A DNA stretch of 63,848 bases, filler included, from Octopus bimaculoides (taxonomy: Eukaryota): assembly GCF_001194135.2 (NCBI RefSeq). It is 5 parts of 5 records of this genome, joined end to end, with 100 filler letters (N's around TTAATTAATTAA, not from the genome) between each part and the next. Parts side by side here need not be neighbours in the genome. Positions count along the whole stretch, not along the records: positions 1 to 21,009 come from NC_068991.1; 4 more parts are not named here. The stretch is one strand, 5' to 3'. The position numbers and the translations under genes are program-made. The notes below the pieces were generated by a model. It ran no database searches. It was not told where the DNA came from and saw only the letters and a program-made list of their open reading frames with translations. Of this stretch, positions 1 to 11,060 are shown piece by piece (positions within the stretch are counted from its first letter, which is position 1; each line of letters opens with the position of its first letter).

Positions 1-240
1 TCAAAAATGTAACCCACGTGACTGTTAGCGATTTTTTTTTCCTCCTTCGTCTTGGACTTCCCTGTTTCTTCTTGTTTCCGAAGAAGAGCTATGCTCGAAA
101 CGTAAAACTTCTACTCATTTCCTTCTTTGAACAACTTATTAATACATTGCTTGTGCTAGGTCAAAACGTTTGTTTGTTTTCTTATTCTCTGTGCATTTTT
201 TGAATTGACAACATACACACATACATACATACATACATAC
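1..240 (+). mobile_element. Penelope-type terminal-repeat (pLTR-like) non-autonomous repeat, copy A, running into (ACAT)n
   Basis: Contains CCGAAGA-AGAGC-TAT-GCTC-GAAA-CGTA (78-104), the layout of the minimal hammerhead motif typical of Penelope-like element termini. It ends in a tetranucleotide microsatellite. Identical to 675-930. Confidence 0.5.
74..108 (+). ncRNA. Minimal type-I hammerhead-ribozyme-like motif (U4C variant core)
   Basis: Stem I gttt(74-77)/aaac(105-108). Core CCGAAGA (78-84) versus canonical CUGANGA. Stem II gagc/gctc with loop tat. GAAA at 97-100, then CGTA. Second identical copy at 748-782. Confidence 0.45.
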
Positions 241-250
241 NNNNNNNNNN

Positions 251-300
251 AACCCGGAACCATGTGGTTGGTGAGCAAACTACTTACCACACAGCCACTC
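251..300 (-). mobile_element. tRNA-derived SINE head fragment (OK-like family)
   Basis: Reverse complement matches the head of the complete copy at 61230 (gctgtgtggtaagtag...ccaaccacatggttccgggtt). Confidence 0.75.
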
Positions 301-473
301 AAATAACTTCTCATATTCGTTCAGCTTTCACACACACACCCCACCTCTGCGATTCCTGGATTTTCCGGCTAGGTTACATCTTTGCCTTAAATCATAGTCT
401 TTCTTGATAGCCACGTACCAGGCGGGGAGCTTGCGGAGAGCTCTGTATGATTCTTTGAAAGCCTATTTCTATT

Positions 474-553
474 ATGCATGTATGTATCTATGTATGTATG
501 TATGTATGTATGTATGTATGTATGTATGTATGTACACGCGCTACACCACACTA

Positions 554-590
<37 letters not shown>

Positions 591-600
591 AGCGCACACA
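474..600. repeat. Compound (TATG)n + (CA)n microsatellite
   Basis: Directly visible tandem units. Confidence 0.95.
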
Positions 601-674
601 CGCAAACTGACCATTTTCACACTCTTCTGTTCCAGAAATCATTTTCTCTTCCTTTCTATTTCCGGTCGTTTACT

Positions 675-909
675 TCAAAAATGTAACCCACGTGACTGTT
701 AGCGATTTTTTTTTCCTCCTTCGTCTTGGACTTCCCTGTTTCTTCTTGTTTCCGAAGAAGAGCTATGCTCGAAACGTAAAACTTCTACTCATTTCCTTCT
801 TTGAACAACTTATTAATACATTGCTTGTGCTAGGTCAAAACGTTTGTTTGTTTTCTTANNNNNNNNNNNNNNNNNNNNNNTTGACAACATACACACATAC
901 ATACATACA

Positions 910-930
<21 letters not shown>
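675..930 (+). mobile_element. Penelope-type terminal-repeat copy B (duplicate of 1-240)
   Basis: Identical to 1-240 at offset 674, interrupted by a short N run. May be an assembly duplication. Confidence 0.45.
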
Positions 931-942
<12 letters not shown>

Positions 943-1364
943 TTATATATATTTTATTATATGTATTTATTTTCTCTAAGTTAATAATTAACTCCGACAA
1001 AATAAATTGGCTAATAGATACAAGGGTAGCAAAGATCACAAAATGATTGTGGTGTAACTCCTGTTTATGAGGTAGAAACTCCTTGTTATTTTGAGTACTT
1101 GAGTAAATATACAAATTTAGTAAATGGAGTAAAATGCATATGTTAAATGAATTCTTTTATTTCCAACATATGTTTCGAAGATTACAAATTGTACCTTCCA
1201 AAGGAATAGGTGATGTTGATAAGGATGTAATCTTCTCTTCAGGGAAATACATAGAAACCAGCTTAACCGTAAGATATTTTTTATATATACATGCACATAT
1301 AACTGAAATTTATAGAAAAACAATTAACGATGGCAGGGGTATAAGCAACAACCAGGTGTATTAG

Positions 1365-1450
1365 TTTGAGGCTCGGGAAAGTGAAAAAGTCTTTTACGTT
1401 TCGAGCGTATGCTCTTCAGCAGAAACGAATACGAGAAAATAAAGAAAGAG
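1365..1450 (-). mobile_element. Penelope-type terminal repeat, second subfamily, with degenerate hammerhead-like core
   Basis: Reverse complement of 1391-1425 reads ttt-CTGCTGA-AGAGC-ATAC-GCTC-GAAA-CGTA-aaag. Related to 32930-33090. Confidence 0.45.
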
Positions 1451-1490
1451 AGAATAATAAATAAAAAAAAACTTGTGGACAGCGGTCAAG

Positions 1491-1551
<61 letters not shown>

Positions 1552-1659
1552 TCTGACACACGATGACCTATATAGTTTCTGAAAATAAAGAGAGAGAGAG
1601 AATAAAAAACTTGTGGATTTAGCGGTCAAGCATATTATGTATATATATACTCACACGCA

Positions 1660-1812
1660 ATATCGTTTCCGTCTATCAGAATCATACACAAAGCATTTAT
1701 CAGTCTGGGGTCAATAGAAGTAAGGCTGCACCCGAGACCAAGTATTCGTAACCACAAGCACGTAATTTCGGGCGCAGTCTTAAGTTCTCGACCACAAAGC
1801 CGTGGCTGCACC
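1660..1812 (-). mobile_element. Highly diverged OK-like SINE head/body
   Basis: Weak colinear similarity to 61230-61395 (tttccgtctatc..., ctcgaccacaaagccgtggctgcacct). Confidence 0.45.
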
Positions 1813-1929
1813 TAAAATTAAAAACGATAAGGGCTGTACGTATTTTCCGTCTATTTTTGGAGTCTTCGTTTGCAGCTGGCAGGCAGACTCACCACATAGA
1901 TTACGGGTTCGCAATTTATTGCTGAACTA

Positions 1930-2150
1930 TATCTGCATAAATGACTTGTTTATAGTGATCAAATGTTTTGTGGTGCAAGTAGGCTCACTTCCTCTATCGA
2001 ATCAACAATGCCCTGTACAGGTGCACGGTGTTCCACGCGTCAGATGTGGAAGTGATCGCAGAGTAATGTGAAATGAAGAGCTGGGAATCGAAACCACGAT
2101 CTTCCGATCGTGAATGCTACACTCTGACCCCACCTAGGCCATGCTCTTTC
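1930..2150 (-). mobile_element. Diverged tRNA-derived SINE (CORE-type body)
   Basis: tRNA-like B-box region (gggaatcgaaaccacgatc) and head end (ggccatgc). Colinear with 12270-12482. Confidence 0.55.
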
Positions 2151-2451
2151 TCAACGACTGTGTGTCACTATAACTGTATGGCAATATTATCGTATAATAC
2201 TGTAGCATAACCACAACAATAGCTCAACCGGGGTAACAGCATGTTACGCAGCCAACCGTATCCTACACACACACACACACGAAACACACGCGCACGCACA
2301 CACACACAAACACACACACACAAACGCTCACACACGCGCATGCACACACACACAAACACACACACACACACTCACACATACACAGAGTCACACTATTATA
2401 TTACACTCCGCGTTAAGACTTGTGTGACAAGCCATACGCCCTCCTATAACT

Positions 2452-2742
2452 AGCTGGTATTCCATCGGTTTCGACGACGTGTTTTCCAGAACAACCTGCT
2501 CGTGAAATTAACGTGCAAGTGGCCGAACACTCCACAGACATGAATAGCCTTAACGTAGTTTTCCGGTAGATTCAGCGAGACACACTGAATGTGACCAGGC
2601 TGACCTTATGAAATACAGCTGAGTGGACTGGAGTAATGTGAAATAGAGTGTTTTACTCAGGGATTCAACGCGCTGCCGGGAACCGAACTCACCACTTTAC
2701 GACCGTAAACCAAATACTCTGACCACTAAGCCATGCGCCTTC
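2452..2742 (-). mobile_element. tRNA-derived SINE with CORE-type body and 'tail A' shared with the OR-like family
   Basis: 2452-2615 matches the tail of 17935-18314 (aacaacctgctcgtgaaattaacgtgcaagtgg...). 2616-2742 is a different body plus a tRNA-like head. Confidence 0.7.
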
Positions 2743-2920
2743 ACCAAACGGTGAAGGAAAAACGCTAACACAAAGACATACATACATACATACATAAATG
2801 CATGCACACACATACATAATACAGACAGACATTAAATTTTCAGGAAAAGAAATCAAACGGCTGATTCGCCTCCATACACCGTGCCTCCATACTATATTAT
2901 TTTATTTATTTATCCACCCT

Positions 2921-3181
2921 TTTAAAGCCTAGCCAAGCTCATGGGCCCGGTTTCTATAGCGTATGTGTTCCCCACCTCCAGCTGGACGGGACGCCAGTCC
3001 ATCGCAGCGTTACTCAAGAAACAGGAAGAAAGAGCGAGAGAAAGTTGGGGGCGAAAGTGTATAACAGGGGTCGCCACCCACCCCCCTGCCAGAGCCTTGT
3101 GGAGCTTTAGGTGTTTTCGCTCAATAAACACTCACAACGCCCGGTCTGGGAATCGAAACCGCGATCCTCCGACCGCGAGTC
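2921..3181 (-). mobile_element. OR-like (tRNA-Arg-like head) SINE with alternative 'tail B', truncated by gap
   Basis: 3015-3181 matches the head/body of 17935+. 2921-3014 is a different tail (ctggacgggacgccagtccatcgcagcgttactc). Confidence 0.7.
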
Positions 3182-5580
3182 NNNNNNNNNNNNNNNNNNN
3201 NNNNNNNNNNNNNNNNNNNNNNNNNNNNNNNNNNNNNNNNNNNNNNNNNNNNNNNNNNNNNNNNNNNNNNNNNNNNNNNNNNNNNNNNNNNNNNNNNNNN
3301 NNNNNNNNNNNNNNNNNNNNNNNNNNNNNNNNNNNNNNNNNNNNNNNNNNNNNNNNNNNNNNNNNNNNNNNNNNNNNNNNNNNNNNNNNNNNNNNNNNNN
3401 NNNNNNNNNNNNNNNNNNNNNNNNNNNNNNNNNNNNNNNNNNNNNNNNNNNNNNNNNNNNNNNNNNNNNNNNNNNNNNNNNNNNNNNNNNNNNNNNNNNN
3501 NNNNNNNNNNNNNNNNNNNNNNNNNNNNNNNNNNNNNNNNNNNNNNNNNNNNNNNNNNNNNNNNNNNNNNNNNNNNNNNNNNNNNNNNNNNNNNNNNNNN
3601 NNNNNNNNNNNNNNNNNNNNNNNNNNNNNNNNNNNNNNNNNNNNNNNNNNNNNNNNNNNNNNNNNNNNNNNNNNNNNNNNNNNNNNNNNNNNNNNNNNNN
3701 NNNNNNNNNNNNNNNNNNNNNNNNNNNNNNNNNNNNNNNNNNNNNNNNNNNNNNNNNNNNNNNNNNNNNNNNNNNNNNNNNNNNNNNNNNNNNNNNNNNN
3801 NNNNNNNNNNNNNNNNNNNNNNNNNNNNNNNNNNNNNNNNNNNNNNNNNNNNNNNNNNNNNNNNNNNNNNNNNNNNNNNNNNNNNNNNNNNNNNNNNNNN
3901 NNNNNNNNNNNNNNNNNNNNNNNNNNNNNNNNNNNNNNNNNNNNNNNNNNNNNNNNNNNNNNNNNNNNNNNNNNNNNNNNNNNNNNNNNNNNNNNNNNNN
4001 NNNNNNNNNNNNNCACCGCCACCACGACCACCACCACCACCACCACCACCGCATCACACACCTTTTTGCCTGTCCGACCGAGAGATATATGAAAGGCAAC
4101 AAGCAAATTCCTTATAAGGAAACATTTCCAACAGCCGACCATTCGCTTCCTAATATACAACACTATTACAGTCCACCATACAATGGCAGCCATCGTTGCT
4201 GACGTCATTGTTTTCAAACTTTCTCAGTGACGTCCGACAAATGGAGTCGGTGGTAATTGTCAGGGCTGATATATGAGCATGTTCAGCGGATAGAAATGGT
4301 CACTGATGCGTGCATAACATATTATGACATCTGTAGTGTTGGCTGTGTTGTTAGATGATTGTTGTGTTAAATTATCACTAATTGTAGGAGTATTGGAATG
4401 CTTATTTATGCCGGTGTAGATACAGAGACGTCTGCGGTAAAATGTCTATCTGTACGAGCGTTATGCGCGCGTGTGTGTTTGTGTGTGCACGTGCATGTGT
4501 GTTATACATATATATGTATGTATGTTCGAGTTTATGTGCCTGTGTGTGTATGTATGTATGTATATATACACACACACACACACACATATNNNNNNNNNNN
4601 NNNNNNNNNNNNNNNNNNNNNNNNNNNNNNNNNNNNNNNNNNNNNNNNNNNNNNNNNNNNNNNNNNNNNNNNNNNNNNNNNNNNNNNNNNNNNNNNNNNN
4701 NNNNNNNNNNNNNNNNNNNNNNNNNNNNNNNNNNNNNNNNNNNNNNNNNNNNNNNNNNNNNNNNNNNNNNNNNNNNNNNNNNNNNNNNNNNNNNNNNNNN
4801 NNNNNNNNNNNNNNNNNNNNNNNNNNNNNNNNNNNNNNNNNNNNNNNNNNNNNNNNNNNNNNNNNNNNNNNNNNNNNNNNNNNNNNNNNNNNNNNNNNNN
4901 NNNNNNNNNNNNNNNNNNNNNNNNNNNNNNNNNNNNNNNNNNNNNNNNNNNNNNNNNNNNNNNNNNNNNNNNNNNNNNNNNNNNNNNNNNNNNNNNNNNN
5001 NNNNNNNNNNNNNNNNNNNNNNNNNNNNNNNNNNNNNNNNNNNNNNNNNNNNNNNNNNNNNNNNNNNNNNNNNNNNNNNNNNNNNNNNNNNNNNNNNNNN
5101 NNNNNNNNNNNNNNNNNNNNNNNNNNNNNNNNNNNNNNNNNNNNNNNNNNNNNNNNNNNNNNNNNNNNNNNNNNNNNNNNNNNNNNNNNNNNNNNNNNNN
5201 NNNNNNNNNNNNNNNNNNNNNNNNNNNNNNNNNNNNNNNNNNNNNNNNNNNNNNNNNNNNNNNNNNNNNNNNNNNNNNNNNNNNNNNNNNNNNNNNNNNN
5301 NNNNNNNNNNNNNNNNNNNNNNNNNNNNNNNNNNNNNNNNNNNNNNNNNNNNNNNNNNNNNNNNNNNNNNNNNNNNNNNNNNNNNNNNNNNNNNNNNNNN
5401 NNNNNNNNNNNNNNNNNNNNNNNNNNNNNNNNNNNNNNNNNNNNNNNNNNNNNNNNNNNNNNNNNNNNNNNNNNNNNNNNNNNNNNNNNNNNNNNNNNNN
5501 NNNNNNNNNNNNNNNNNNNNNNNNNNNNNNNNNNNNNNNNNNNNNNNNNNNNNNNNNNNNNNNNNNNNNNNNNNNNNNNN

Positions 5581-5633
<53 letters not shown>

Positions 5634-5652
5634 TACACACACACACATATAC

Positions 5653-5799
5653 GACGAGCTTCTTTCAGTTTCCATCTACCAAATCCACCCACAAGGCTTT
5701 GGTCGGCCCGAGGCTATAGTGGAAATCACTTGCCAAAGGTGCCACGCAGTGGGACTGAACCCAGAACCATCTGGTTGATAAGCAAGCTACTTACCACGC
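5653..5799 (-). mobile_element. OK-like SINE head/body abutting its internal (CA)/(TA) microsatellite
   Basis: Matches the reverse complement of 61240-61395. Microsatellite follows at the family-typical position. Confidence 0.85.
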
Positions 5800-6096
5800 A
5801 CTATATACACTATACATGTATGCCTATATACATTCATATATCTCTGTGTATGTGTGTGCTTGTGTGTATGTATAATATACGCGTATAAATATATACATAC
5901 ATAAATGCATACATGTACGCATACATATATATGTATATGTATGTATGCGTACATGTATGCATTTATGTATGTATATATATGTACGCGTATATTATACATA
6001 CACACACGCACAGACATACACACACATATATGAATGTATGTAGGCATACATGTATGTATTTTGTATGTATGCGTATATTACACACACACAGACACA

Positions 6097-6136
<40 letters not shown>

Positions 6137-6835
6137 CATACACACACATATATTTCAATGACTATACTTGTATTTGCGTATGTGAAATAAACAAGAAAGT
6201 CAATAGAACAGGCAAATTCTATCGCTCTCCTTTGAAAGCCAGTGACGTGTGCTTTGGATGAAAGTAGCGACCGAACGAAACCGCAGTTCCAATGCGAAAT
6301 CATTGTTTATCGCGCATATATTGACAAATATAGGACGCTACACACTTCCTATTGGAGTAAGGTTGTAAGTGTTAACTTTTGTTTTTGTACAGTAACATTG
6401 ACAATTATGCATATGGGTGTGTATGTGTGGTGGTGGTGGTGGTGGCGCTGGTGGGAGCGCACATGTGTACACACGTGCGCGCCCATAACACCCATATGCT
6501 AAGATTCACACACACACACACACACACACATTATATAAACGTATGCGTGTGAGTTTGTGTATGTGTATGTATGTATATATGTATATATATGCATACATAT
6601 GTAGATATATATTATGTAATATCTATATGTATGTATGTGTGTGTGTGCGCGCGTGTGTGTGTGTGCGTGTGTGCGTGTGTGCGTGTGTGTGTGTGTGTGT
6701 GTGAAATCTTTCTGCGCGTGAAAGCCTATGTTTTGGAGTATGCAACGAGAATGTAAGCAACAACAACAACAACAACAAACAACAGAAAACAACAACAACA
6801 ATGACAATAATAATAACAATAATGATGACAACAGC

Positions 6836-6869
<34 letters not shown>

Positions 6870-7037
6870 GCAATATGAGGTGTACGCGAGCAAAACAACA
6901 ATAATAGCATCCATAGGGACGTGTGTAGAGGAGTATCGGAAACGTGAATGAGTCCATGCCATGTCCAGGCTATGATACGGTGTCCTATGACATTCGTCAC
7001 GGCATGAAGAAGCAGCCGCTGATGTCTTCAGTTAGAC

Positions 7038-7398
7038 CAGGGTTTCTCAAACAATTTTTTTTTATCTATAGACCCCTTTGATTACTATTTTATTCTGGTG
7101 GACCCCCACCCCATAGCCATTTGATGTTTAAAAACTATTTTCACCGAAGCTTCTTTCAAAATTCCTGTTTTGTTTTTCACCCATTAACTTATGTAGAGAT
7201 TGAATTACGTAAAACGTTAGAGAAAGAAACCCAGCTGTTTCTTGCTATACATATCAATACATACATATAAAACAAAATTTTTTTCAAGGGCCCTTAAAAT
7301 ACTATTGTGGATCTCCAATTTACTATCTTGTTGTACAGACTCCCAAAAATCTTATATGGACCCTCAAGGGTCACATGGTCCCTGGTTGAGAACCACTG
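7038..7398. mobile_element. hAT (Charlie-type) MITE with perfect 8-bp target-site duplication
   Basis: TIRs cagggtttctcaa / ttgagaaccactg. Identical flanks AGTTAGAC at 7030-7037 and 7399-7406. 8-bp TSDs are diagnostic of hAT. Confidence 0.9.
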
Positions 7399-7697
7399 AG
7401 TTAGACGGAGACATTGTATAACGGGACAGCGTAGAGAGTACATATCCAGTCTTGTTGTACTCTGTACCCAGTGCCAGATTAAGACTCATACAGCCCCTAA
7501 ACACTTAAAAGATTTTGGTGCCCCCATTTATATGAAATTCGAAATGCAACAATAATTAACCACAGAATATATTATTATTATTCAAAATAAAACAAAATTA
7601 ACAGTAAAAAAGGAAAATAACGTTTATTTTTGTGCGGTTCCACTTTATTTATATATGAAAAGTTTTCTCCTACTTTGTTTTTTTTTCCTAATTGTAT

Positions 7698-8420
7698 AGG
7701 TGCAGGCGTAGCTGTGTGGTAAGTAGCTTGCTTACCAACCACATGGTTCCGGGTTCAGTCCCATTGCGTGGCACCCTGGGCAAGTGTCTTCTGCTATAGC
7801 TTCGAACCGACCAAAAGATTGTGAGTGGATTTGGGAGACGGAAACTGAAAGAAGCCCATCGCATATATATANNNNNNNNNNNNNNNNNNNNNNNNNNNNN
7901 NNNNNNNNNNNNNNNNNNNNNNNNNNNTATATATATATATATCGTGGCACTCCGTCGATTACGACAACGAGAGTTCCAGTTGATCCGATCAACGGAACAG
8001 CCTGCTGGTGAAATTAACGTGTAAGTGGCTGAGCACTCCACAGACACGTGTACCCTTAACGTAGTTCTCGGGGATATTCAGCGTGACACAGTGTGACAAG
8101 GCTGGCCCTTTGAAATACAGGCACAACAGAAACAGGAAGTAAGAGTAAGAGAAAGTCGTGGTGAAAGAGTACAGCAGGGTTCGCCACCATCCCGTGGAGT
8201 TTTAAATGTTTTCGCTCAAACACCCGATCTGGGAATCGAAACTGCGATCCTACGACCGCGAGTCCGCTGCCCTAACCACTGGACCATTGCGCCTCCACCG
8301 TATATATGCGTGTGTGTGTATGTGTGTGTGTAGGTTTGTGTATCTGTTATTCCCCTCCCCCCAACATCGCTTGACAACCGATGCTGGTGCGTTTACGTCC
8401 CCGTATCCTGACAGAATAAG
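7698..8420 (+). mobile_element. OK-like SINE split by a nested OR-like SINE in its internal microsatellite
   Basis: Head/body 7698-7862, (TA)n and gap, nested element 7945-8296, (TG)n, then tail start ccccccaacatcgcttgacaaccgatgctgg at ~8345-8420. Confidence 0.8.
7945..8296 (-). mobile_element. OR-like SINE, near full length, nested
   Basis: Reverse complement is colinear with 17935-18314. Confidence 0.9.
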
Positions 8421-8684
8421 TACACACACACACGCACACACACACACACACACACACAGACACACACAGACACAGACACACACACACACACACACACCAC
8501 CACACTATAGTCCATAACGGATACCAACCAGCTAGCTAAACAACCGGGGCAGTCTTACACCCGCTTTTCCACCTTTTGCTGTTGTCGTTGATGTTGTTGT
8601 TGTTGTTCTTTGTTGTTTTTGTTCTTTGTTGCTGTTCTTGTTCTTCTTGTTCTTGTTCTTCCTGTTTTTGTTTTTCTCCTCCTC

Positions 8685-8785
8685 CTCCTTCTTCTTCTTC
8701 TTCTTCTTCTTCTTCTTCTTCTTCTTCTTCTTCTTCTTCTTCTTCTTCTTCTTCTTCTTCTTCTTCTTCTTCTTCTTCTTCTTCT
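8685..8785. repeat. (TTC)n microsatellite
   Basis: Visible. Source of the poly-E/R/S/L/F ORFs. Confidence 0.95.
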
Positions 8786-9588
8786 TTCTCCCTCTCCTCG
8801 CACACCTTTCCTTGCGAAAAAAAAAAAAACCCTAAAAAGGTACGAACGATTGTCCAAAACGCGAGCCAGTCGTGTCTGAACTGTCATCAGGTCAAACAGG
8901 TGCACACAATAGCAAAGGAAATAAAAAAAATTACAAAAAACAAACCAACAAACAAACAAACGAACAAGCAAAGCAATAACAACAAAAAAAAAAGACAAAC
9001 AAAAGACAAGAAACCTTTGTCACCGTCACATGCACTGAAGCATCATGGGATATGAGGAGGAGGAGGAGAAGGAGAAGGAAAAGGAGGAGGTGGAGGTCAA
9101 GGCTGTTGGCGTGACACGGAAAATTATGTTTGGGTGGAGGGGTGGGGCGGATGGGATTATCTTGGACAGATTATCCTTTATTGCTTTCTACTGGTGTCAA
9201 TATATCGACACCGGTAGCGGTAATAAAGGATTAACAGCAACAATATCATCATCATCATCATCATCAGTAGCAGCAGCAGCAGCAACAGTAAACAGGGTCG
9301 GTTTTTTAAAACCAATTAGACAACAAATTTGTTCGAATTGGGTCCCCCACACACGCCAAAAGTGGGCTTCACTCACACGGTCGAGTATATCATTTGCATT
9401 TTGTGGTTAATGGTGGAGCACGAAGCACTTCAATGCTTTTTAACTGGGACTGGCGTACTGTACGAAGCATAAAACATCATTCTCCAGCTTTTGTAGAGTA
9501 AAGGACCCCACTGACAATTCTCTTATTGGGCTCCGTACTCCCTAGCACCGAACCTGAGAATAATAATAATGATAATAATAATAATAAC

Positions 9589-9641
<53 letters not shown>

Positions 9642-9643
<2 letters not shown>

Positions 9644-9933
9644 TGACAGGTTAGCTTGGGAAGTTAAGCAGTTGTGGTCGAGGAAAAAGGTGATAGTAGT
9701 ACCAATAATTGTCGGAGCCCTGGGAACAGTGAGTGAAAGTCTCGAGAAGTACGTGCAACAAAAAAGGGGCTGCAATAATGGTGGAGCACTTGCAGAAAAC
9801 AGCACTGCTTGGAACTGCTGGAACACTGCGGATGGTGCTCGAAAAATAAGGGGTGTTACCTTAGTTCACTGGTAGTGAACAGCTGACACCGTATTACATC
9901 TCCAGCATTAGAAGCTGTGCAAAGACAATAAAA
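9642..9933 (+). mobile_element. R4/Dong-type non-LTR retrotransposon 3' end #1, after (TAA)n and followed by (TGA)n
   Basis: Translates YDRLAWEVKQLWSRKKVIVVPIIVGALGTV... then, after a frameshift, ...EHLQKTALLGTAGTLRMVLEK*. This is the typical C-terminus after the restriction-like endonuclease of R4/Dong elements. Confidence 0.8.
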
Positions 9934-9964
9934 TGATGATGATGATGATGATGATGATGACGAC

Positions 9965-10540
9965 GAATACAAAAGACGCCATGACAATATGGCAAGAACG
10001 ATCCATTGGGAGCTCTGTGGAAATCACGGTCTACAAATGAGCAAAGACGTGGTATAAGCAAACTCCAGAAGGAGTCGCCTGGAATGAGAATTGCAACATC
10101 CTGTGGGATACAATGATTCAGTGCGATCACCTGACCAGACATAGGAAACCGGAAGTTGTTGTGGTGAATAAAAAAGAAAGAACATGTGTGATAATCGACA
10201 TCGCATGTCCTGGTGACAACAGGATCAATGTGAAAGAAGAAGGGAAAATAAACCACTATGACGATTCGAAGTGGGAAATACGAAGGTTGTGGCCAATGAA
10301 GAGAGTAGACATAATACCAGTAGTAATTGGTGCACTTGGAAGTATCAACATTCAGCTACCAACATGGCTGAAAAAGATCGGTGCAAGTGTGAAGGTAGAA
10401 CACCTACAAATATTAGCATTGCTTGGAGCTGCAGGAATTCTTTGCAGTGTTCTTGAAGCATCACCAGTAAACAAGTGTCACCTGTGGACAGTTGATACTT
10501 TCCATCATATCCAGCAAAATAAGCTTTGAGTTTTCATCAC
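9965..10540 (+). mobile_element. R4/Dong-type 3' fragment #2 including the restriction-like endonuclease domain
   Basis: YKRRHDNMARTIHWELCGNHG, frameshift near 10040, then KTWYKQTPEGVAWNENCNILWDTMIQCDHLTRHRKPEVVVVNKKERTCVIIDIACPGDNRINVKEEGKINHY...IPVVIGALG. Matches the RH..PD..(D/E)xxP..K..KY RLE pattern, with PD changed to PE. Confidence 0.88.
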
Positions 10541-10584
10541 ACAATAATCAATATGAAAGGGATAGAAAAAAAAAACAAAAACAA

Positions 10585-10868
10585 AAAAAAACAGCAAAGT
10601 ACCAGGACCTAGCCATTGAATTACAAAAACTATGGAAAGTGTGGGTAAAATGTATCCCAGTAGTTCTAGGTGCATTAGGAACTATCCCTAAAGATTTGAA
10701 CAGATGGACAGAGGAAATAGGCATGAAACCAAGTTTAGTAGAGCTGCAGAAAACAGAGTTGTTAGGGACAGCTAGGATATTTAGGAGGGTTCTTGGCGTC
10801 TAAAGTTACTTGTTGTAGCCAGATGTTAGGAATCTTTCTTTTACAACAGTCTAATCTGTTGTGTGTGT
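10585..10868 (+). mobile_element. R4/Dong-type 3' end #3 with (TAA)n tail (10869-10975)
   Basis: KTAKYQDLAIELQKLWKVWVKCIPVVLGALGTIPKDL...LQKTELLGTARIFRRVLGV*, then a short UTR and TAA array. Confidence 0.85.
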
Positions 10869-10878
10869 AATAATAATG

Positions 10879-10938
<60 letters not shown>

Positions 10939-10989
10939 TAATAAAAATAATAAGGATAATGATAATAATAATAAATATTTTACCGATTT

Positions 10990-11060
10990 TATCTTTTATC
11001 TCTTACTTGTTTCAGTCATTGGACAGCGGCCATGCTACAGCACCGCTTTTCGTCGAACAC
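10990..11060 (-). mobile_element. OK-like SINE 3' tail fragment
   Basis: cttttatctcttacttgtttcagtcattggacagcggccatgctacagcaccgc matches the reverse complement of 61600-61650. Confidence 0.7.

Noticed and set aside
4090-4290. Cys-rich minus-strand peptide (…DGCHCMVDCNSVVY*) resembling a DEG/ENaC loop, and an alternative hydrophobic ORF
   Set aside because: A stop immediately follows, there is no convincing donor site, and the similarity rests on only a few residues.
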